The notes under the pieces: generated by a model
Seen by the model: the letters and a program-made list of their open reading frames with translations, nothing else
The model's database searches: none
What the model was told of the DNA's origin: nothing
Assembly: GCA_050115495.1 (NCBI GenBank)
Contig: JASFQK010000003.1
Location: 1 to 64,000, forward strand
Reading direction: 5' to 3'
From: Phycisphaerae bacterium
GTDB taxonomy: Bacteria; Planctomycetota; Phycisphaerae; UBA1845; Fen-1342
DNA: 64,000 bases
Made by a program: the position numbers and the translations under genes
In this document: positions 58,671-64,000 of the stretch, in pieces
Numbering within the stretch: the first letter of the stretch is position 1
Layout of the letters: every line of letters starts with the position of its first letter

Positions 58671-61517
58671 CTATCCGCCGATGTCGATCGGGATACGCAG
58701 GACCTCGTCCTGACTGGAACGTTCCCGCAGCCGCACGTAGCCGACCGGCCGCGTGCCGTCCGGGATGTCCTTCAACTTGCTGGCGGCCTCGAAGCTCAGG
58801 TGCAGCGGCACGCTCGGCACGAGGTTAAGAGCGTCCTCGCCGCCCTGTGTGACCTCGACCGCCACCGGCGCCCCGAACAACCGATCGATCTGCACCGTGA
58901 CCGGCGTTTTGCGCTGATCGTCGGCGATGGCGAAGCCAGCGTGGATGACGACCTGGAGCGATTTCTTCCCGCGCGTGCTCACGATCCCATCGAACACGTG
59001 CCCGTCGAACGCCGACTGGTAGATGGCCTCGTCGCCGTCCTTGACCAGCACACCGATGTCGGTGACCGTCGCATAGTCTTCCGGCGCGAGCTCCAAGTGC
59101 AGCCGCAGCCGATTGAACCGCTCGTCCAGGCTCACCGAGTAGGTCAATTCGTCCTTGAGCCCCTTGAACTCGGCGTCCTTCTGCATGCGGAAGCCTTCGA
59201 TCTGGCCGTCGCCGCTGGCCGCGATCCGCCGCTCGAACATGTTCGTCACCGTCAGGTCGCCGGCGGGCCTCTCGGGGTTACCTTCAGTGAGGATGGGCGG
59301 GGCGGCGTGGATGCCGAAGAACTGCACCTTCAGTTCGTACGGCCAAGACTCGTCCGGACGGTTGGACACGACGGGCACTTCCCACACGCCGGGCGTCAGG
59401 TCGTCCGTGAATGTCCAGGTCGCCTCGCGCTTGCCGTTTTCCGTGTCGAGGCGCTGCGCACCCGACCGGAACTGCCGGCCGTACGGATCGAAGATGCGGT
59501 CCATGCCGGCCCTCGACTTCGCTCCCTCCGGCGCCGTCAGCACCAGCCTCATGCTCGACGCCCCCGGCGGCACGGCGACGAAGTACCGATCCGGCAGCCA
59601 GCCGGCGACCGTACGCTTCGTGAACGTCTGCGTGAAGTTGTTCCCCTCGTTGAAGCGGTAGGGCACGATCACGGTATTGACCAGCCGGAACGCGGGCAAC
59701 CCGTCCACGAGCCCGTCCACGGTACCCACGTGCAGTCCCGGTTCGGTGAGCTGGGCGGCGTCGTACTCCACGAAAACGCGGGCCACCTGCTCGCTGTGCA
59801 GGTACACGGTCTCCTGGGCCACGCGGCACCAGGGCGTGTTCGAACGCAACGTGTACTGCCGCGTGAAATCCGTTCGCGTGGCCATGTCCGTCGTCGGGGC
59901 GAAGATCGGTGCGATGGTGAACGCTTGGCGGTCGTCGCTCGGGAAGTACGTGCTCCGCCAGTACGCCGCCGGTGCCTCGCCCTCGTAGCCGTGCGGGCAG
60001 GGCGTCGAGATCTCGTAGCCGATCACCGGGTCGTCCTTCGCCGCCGGCAGTAGCTTGGCTAGCACTTCGGCGGCCTTGCTCACCTCGGGCAGGCCCCAGC
60101 CGGAGTCGAGGAACGTCGTGCCCTTCACGGGCCGCCCGGCGAGCCACAGCGCCCGCCGCACGTCAAAGGAGCGCACGTGCACGGCCGGATCCGTCTGCAT
60201 GGCGTTGCTGATGAGCAGGGCACACAGGCCAGCGCAATACGGGCTGGCCATGCTCGTGCCGGCCCAGAAGTCACCGTGGCGCGTCCAGCGCGGCACGGTC
60301 GACGTCGACCAGCCCGGCACCGCCACGTCCGGCTTGTCCAATTCACCGCCGCGCGAGCTGAACAGCGTGATGACCGGCTCGTCCAGGTGCCAGCCGGCGA
60401 CATCGCGCCCGCTGTCGGCGGCCATCATCGCCGCCACGGAGATGGCCGCACTCGCCGCCGCCGGCGTGCCGACGGTGGACAGGCCCGGACCGGCGTTGCC
60501 GGCGGACGTGCAGAACACCAGGTACGGGTTCGCGTATAGGGCTTCGTCCACCACCTCGTCGATGTCCGAGTTGCCCTCGATTTCCGAGTCGACGCCGTAG
60601 GACAGGTTGCACACGACCGGCACGTTGTGCTCGCGGGCGAAACGGGCCGCGTAGGCCAGGGCCTTCCGCTTGCTCTCCGTCACGCTGATACCGCCCAGGG
60701 CCCCGCGCCCGATCTTCAGGCTGATCACCTTCGCCCCGGGAGCGACGCCGTTGAGACCGTCCTGGTTGTTGATGCGGTAACCGGCGGCGATGCCGGCCAC
60801 GTGCGTGCCGTGCGCCCCGTTATCGAAGTGGAACGTCACCTTCGCCTGGCGGAGGAAGATATTCGCGGCGAAGGCCATGGGCACGATCTGCACTTCCGGC
60901 TGTTCGCGATACAGCGTGAAAGTCTCGTAGGCCAGCTTGTAGTTATGCAGCGCCTTCTCGTCGGCGAAGCTGCGGTCCAGGTTGGTGTCCACGTAGCAGA
61001 CGGCCTGGTCGTCGCCGTCGCCGGCCAGCGCGGTCACCAGCACCGGAAAGACGTCGTCGGTCGTGCCGTTGTCATTCAGGTCCGGCTGATCGGCGTTGAC
61101 GAACTTGCTCTCCTTGAACTCGCCGAACCACCAGCGCCGCTCCTCGGCCGCGGCGGGCAGCGCCGGCGGGGTGTACTCGATGGGCGTGCCGTCGTTGTCA
61201 TGCTTGATCAGCATGCCGCTCTGCTCGTCGAGGAGGATACGCAGCAGGTCCACGTCACCGTCGCCGGTGAAGTCCTGCACGTCGATGACTTTGACCTCGC
61301 CGTCGGGCGTGTGGGTCAGGCCGGGGATGGACGGATCGACGCCCGTATCCATGACGGCAATCACGACGCCGCGGCCGTCGCTGTTCGGATGGGCGGCGAG
61401 GAAGGCGTCCACGCCGCAGGTGGACAAGGAAAGCTGCGTCCAGCCGTGCTGGTTCTGGGCGAGGCCGGCACTCATCCCGAGCGCCGCAATGGCGAGCAGC
61501 ACCGCATACTTGCGCAT
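58671..61517 (-). CDS. Secreted S8 subtilase, tripeptidyl-peptidase II-like
   Basis: Signal peptide, DGRGVVIAVMDTGVDP, HGTHVAGIAAG, SAGNAGPGLSTVG and GTSMASP. GGAGG RBS. Confidence 0.9.
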   Translation of the reverse strand: MRKYAVLLAIAALGMSAGLAQNQHGWTQLSLSTCGVDAFLAAHPNSDGRGVVIAVMDTGVDPSIPGLTHTPDGEVKVIDVQDFTGDGDVDLLRILLDEQSGMLIKHDNDGTPIEYTPPALPAAAEERRWWFGEFKESKFVNADQPDLNDNGTTDDVFPVLVTALAGDGDDQAVCYVDTNLDRSFADEKALHNYKLAYETFTLYREQPEVQIVPMAFAANIFLRQAKVTFHFDNGAHGTHVAGIAAGYRINNQDGLNGVAPGAKVISLKIGRGALGGISVTESKRKALAYAARFAREHNVPVVCNLSYGVDSEIEGNSDIDEVVDEALYANPYLVFCTSAGNAGPGLSTVGTPAAASAAISVAAMMAADSGRDVAGWHLDEPVITLFSSRGGELDKPDVAVPGWSTSTVPRWTRHGDFWAGTSMASPYCAGLCALLISNAMQTDPAVHVRSFDVRRALWLAGRPVKGTTFLDSGWGLPEVSKAAEVLAKLLPAAKDDPVIGYEISTPCPHGYEGEAPAAYWRSTYFPSDDRQAFTIAPIFAPTTDMATRTDFTRQYTLRSNTPWCRVAQETVYLHSEQVARVFVEYDAAQLTEPGLHVGTVDGLVDGLPAFRLVNTVIVPYRFNEGNNFTQTFTKRTVAGWLPDRYFVAVPPGASSMRLVLTAPEGAKSRAGMDRIFDPYGRQFRSGAQRLDTENGKREATWTFTDDLTPGVWEVPVVSNRPDESWPYELKVQFFGIHAAPPILTEGNPERPAGDLTVTNMFERRIAASGDGQIEGFRMQKDAEFKGLKDELTYSVSLDERFNRLRLHLELAPEDYATVTDIGVLVKDGDEAIYQSAFDGHVFDGIVSTRGKKSLQVVIHAGFAIADDQRKTPVTVQIDRLFGAPVAVEVTQGGEDALNLVPSVPLHLSFEAASKLKDIPDGTRPVGYVRLRERSSQDEVLRIPIDIGG

Positions 61518-61787
61518 AATAAGCACCTCCAGTTAGCGGGTTTTGTCCCGTGTGTAAGCTTCCCACTGTAACGCCCGGGCCGGGCCTCGTAAAACCCGGG
61601 CAGGGGCCGAGAATCCATGCCCTGACGGCTCGTGACCGACGTGCACGCCCGCGCGCTTTGCGTTCGGTTCGCGGTTGCCGCCTGCTATAATGGCGCTGTC
61701 TCCGCCCGCGGCGGGTCAGCCATGGAGGCGAGTCCCCCGGTCCACGAGTCTGCGCCGCGGCCGGAAGTACACCGTCAGGAGGATGTA

Positions 61788-63923
61788 ATGAGGCACCAAG
61801 GCGCAGCTTTGTGCTACAACATTCGACAGTCGCTGCTGGCGTTGCTGGCGGCGGCGCTGCTGGCCCCGGCCGCACTGGCCGCCGACCGCTTCGTCGTCGT
61901 CGAGCACGTCGCAGCGCTGGGCTGAACGGCCGATCCCCCTTACGCCGGTCAGGCGTTGGATTGGCTGCTCGCCGACTATCCGGACCTGTTCACCTTTGTG
62001 CAGATCCGCGTCGGCTGCGATGGCGCTACGCCCTGGGGCGACTTCCGCTCCAACGACTTCTACCAGGTAACGCAGACCCCGGACGTCTTCTTCGACGGCA
62101 TCGACGACGTGGCCGGTTCGTTCGGTTCGACAGAGGACCAGTACAACGAATACCTGATGCACCTGCTGCCGCGGGCCATGACGCCGACGGACGTCACCCT
62201 GGACGTTACGGTGTACCCGGTCACCGCCGAGGTCTTCCGCGTCAGCGTGCGGGCTTGCCTCGCCGCCGGCGCGCCCGCCCGCACCGTGCGCCTCTACCTG
62301 GTCCAGTTGCTCGACTACTGGCCCGGGAACCCTGACTACTCCCGCAACACGTTCGTGCAGGCCATGCCGACCGTGGACGTCGACCTTGCCGCCGGCGATT
62401 GCCAGAGCGTGAGCCACTACGTCACCTTCGACGCCACGAGCTGGGAGTTCAAGAACGACATCCGCCTCGTCGCCTGGGCCCAGGAGCCGCAGGACACGAG
62501 CCCGCCCGGCGACCGCGCCGAGATTCTCCAGGGCGCGGCCTCACCCTGGCCGTTCACGCCCGACTGCAACAACAACGCCATCGCCGACGACAAGGACATC
62601 GCCGCCGGCACCTCGCTCGATCTCAACGGCAACGGCATTCCCGACGAGTGCGAGCCCGCCCTCCGCGGCATCGACCTGTGGACCACGCCCGGCGGCGGCA
62701 CGACCTACCACGACTTCGCTTTTTCGCCGGTCCCGCCCGACTTCTTCGGCCCGGGCTCCGATCCGTTCGAGGGGCAGGTGGCCCTCGTCGGCCAGCCGCT
62801 CCCGACGGAGCCGCCGGGATTGCTCGGCCCGACCGACCTGGTCGTCGAACGCGTCACCGACGCCGACGTGATCGACATCGCCGCCGTGAGCGAGGTGGGC
62901 CTGGAGATCCGCGCGCTCAACCTGGTCTCCACCGAGCCGGTCGTCGTGACCTACGGTGGGGGGCAGGCCCCCGAGCTGTGGACGCTGCACGTGTGCCTGT
63001 CCGACCTGTGGCAGCCCTCGGGCTTCATGACCATCTATCGCAACTGCGCCGACGGCGGCACGTTCGATGCCTTCCTGCCCGTGCTCCCCAAGCTCATCTT
63101 TACCCGCGAGGGCGACGGCACCGAGCGCGTCTTCGATTTCGGTATCGCCGGCGTCGAGCCGCTGAACTTCGAAGTCTTCGGCGGCCGGTGGGTCGTCGAG
63201 CCCGATCCGGCGTTGGCGATCATCAGCGCTGACGAAGGCATCGTCGTGGACAGCAACTGCGATGGCGTGTTCGACCTGCCGCTGCTCGGGACGTCGCGCT
63301 TCACGGCGGGCATCCGCGCCGTGCCCTGCGACCGCAGCACCTGGCCCGGCGCCGAGCAGCGCAAGCGCCTCACTACTTTCGGCGCTGCGCACAGCACCCT
63401 CGGCCTGCTGCCCGCCCAGATCCCCGGCGCCGACACCGACGGCGACGGTTTGCCCGACGACGCCGACAACTGCCCGGACGACTGGAACCCGTTGCAGGAA
63501 GACGCCGACGGCGATGCCTTCGGCGACCTCTGCGATAATTGCGCCTACATCGACAACCCGTTCCAGGAAGATGCGGACGGCGACGGCGTGGGCGACCCGT
63601 GCGACAACTGCCGCGATGAGTATAACCCGTTGCAGGAAGACGAAGACAGCGACGGCGTCGGCGACGCCTGCGACCAATGCCTCGGCACGCCGGCGGGCAC
63701 GCCGGTCTTCGAGAATGGCTGTCCGTACCCCCGCGGCGATCTCAACTGCGACACCGTGGTGAACAACTTCGACATCAAGGCTTTCGTGCTCGCCGTCTCG
63801 AACCCGCTAGCCTATGCCGAAGCGTACCCCGATTGCCTGATCGACCTCGCCGACGTCAACGCCGACGGCTCGGTCAACAACTTCGACATCAGCCCGTTCG
63901 TGCAGTTGCTCTCCGCACCGTAA
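61788..63923 (+). CDS. Probable secreted selenoprotein (711 aa, Sec at codon 46): Omp28/thioredoxin-like domain, TSP3 Ca-binding repeats and dockerin-like tail
   Basis: AGGAGG RBS, ATG 61788 and signal peptide, then a single in-frame TGA at 61923-61925, after which the frame stays open to 63923. Sequence reads [30 protein letters not shown]. Confidence 0.75.
61926..61965 (+). promoter_or_regulatory. Putative bacterial SECIS element
   Basis: Lower stem GCCGATCC/GGATTGGC and upper stem ACGCC/GGCGT. The apical loop GGTCA starts with G, 21 nt after the UGA. Confidence 0.65.
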
Positions 63924-63944
63924 CGAACACCGCCGCCCCGAACC

Positions 63945-63965
63945 GTAGGGCGGGTTTCACCCGCC
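63945..63965 (+). repeat. GTAG-type REP palindrome
   Basis: GTAG-GGCGGGT-TTC-ACCCGCC just downstream of the stop codon. Confidence 0.6.
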
Positions 63966-64000
63966 GCTCGCCGGCCTCGTCCCCCGATAACCCGCCCGGC

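Noticed and set aside
61518..61787. Cobalamin riboswitch for the protease-cbiMQO run (GGGAAG and ACTG-like words), also sought upstream of nrdJ
   Set aside because: The conserved B12-box elements could not be assembled in the right order. The region looks like a divergent promoter.
61923..61925. Genome-wide UGA reassignment (genetic code 4 or 25)
   Set aside because: Many conserved genes in the window end at TGA exactly where expected, some with ATGA or TGATG coupling.

Overview
This is a high-GC bacterial chromosomal window, most likely Planctomycetota class Phycisphaerae. That assignment is an inference from the GDxNCDGxVNNFDIxPF C-terminal dockerin-like tails, the DCNxNxIxD repeats, a TSQP-type leader and planctomycete-type hypothetical proteins. 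Housekeeping genes are polA, dapF, class II ribonucleotide reductase nrdJ with NrdR boxes, sdhAB, mntR, moxR, a CNNM/CBS pair, a Ni/Co ECF transporter, tRNA-Met and tRNA-Arg. They are interspersed with envelope and secreted-protein genes and with mosaic clusters of several REP-like palindromes. The strongest unexplained signal is at the right end. Two ORFs in the track (61632-61925 and 61956-63923) are one frame interrupted by a single TGA. That TGA falls at the redox-Cys position of an Omp28/thioredoxin-like motif and is followed by a bacterial SECIS-like hairpin, so this is a probable secreted selenoprotein with a dockerin-like tail. The same window encodes cohesin-like/dockerin-like proteins, suggesting a non-cellulosomal surface scaffold with a selenoprotein as cargo. 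Other oddities are a four-gene PKD-PKD-LamG lipoprotein array with exact 65-nt spacers and hypervariable loops, a PDZ-like domain inserted in the NikMN loop, a 1879-aa membrane pseudokinase, a secreted TPP II-like subtilase and a structured RBS-sequestering leader at the left edge. All calls come from motif recognition by eye; no searches were run.
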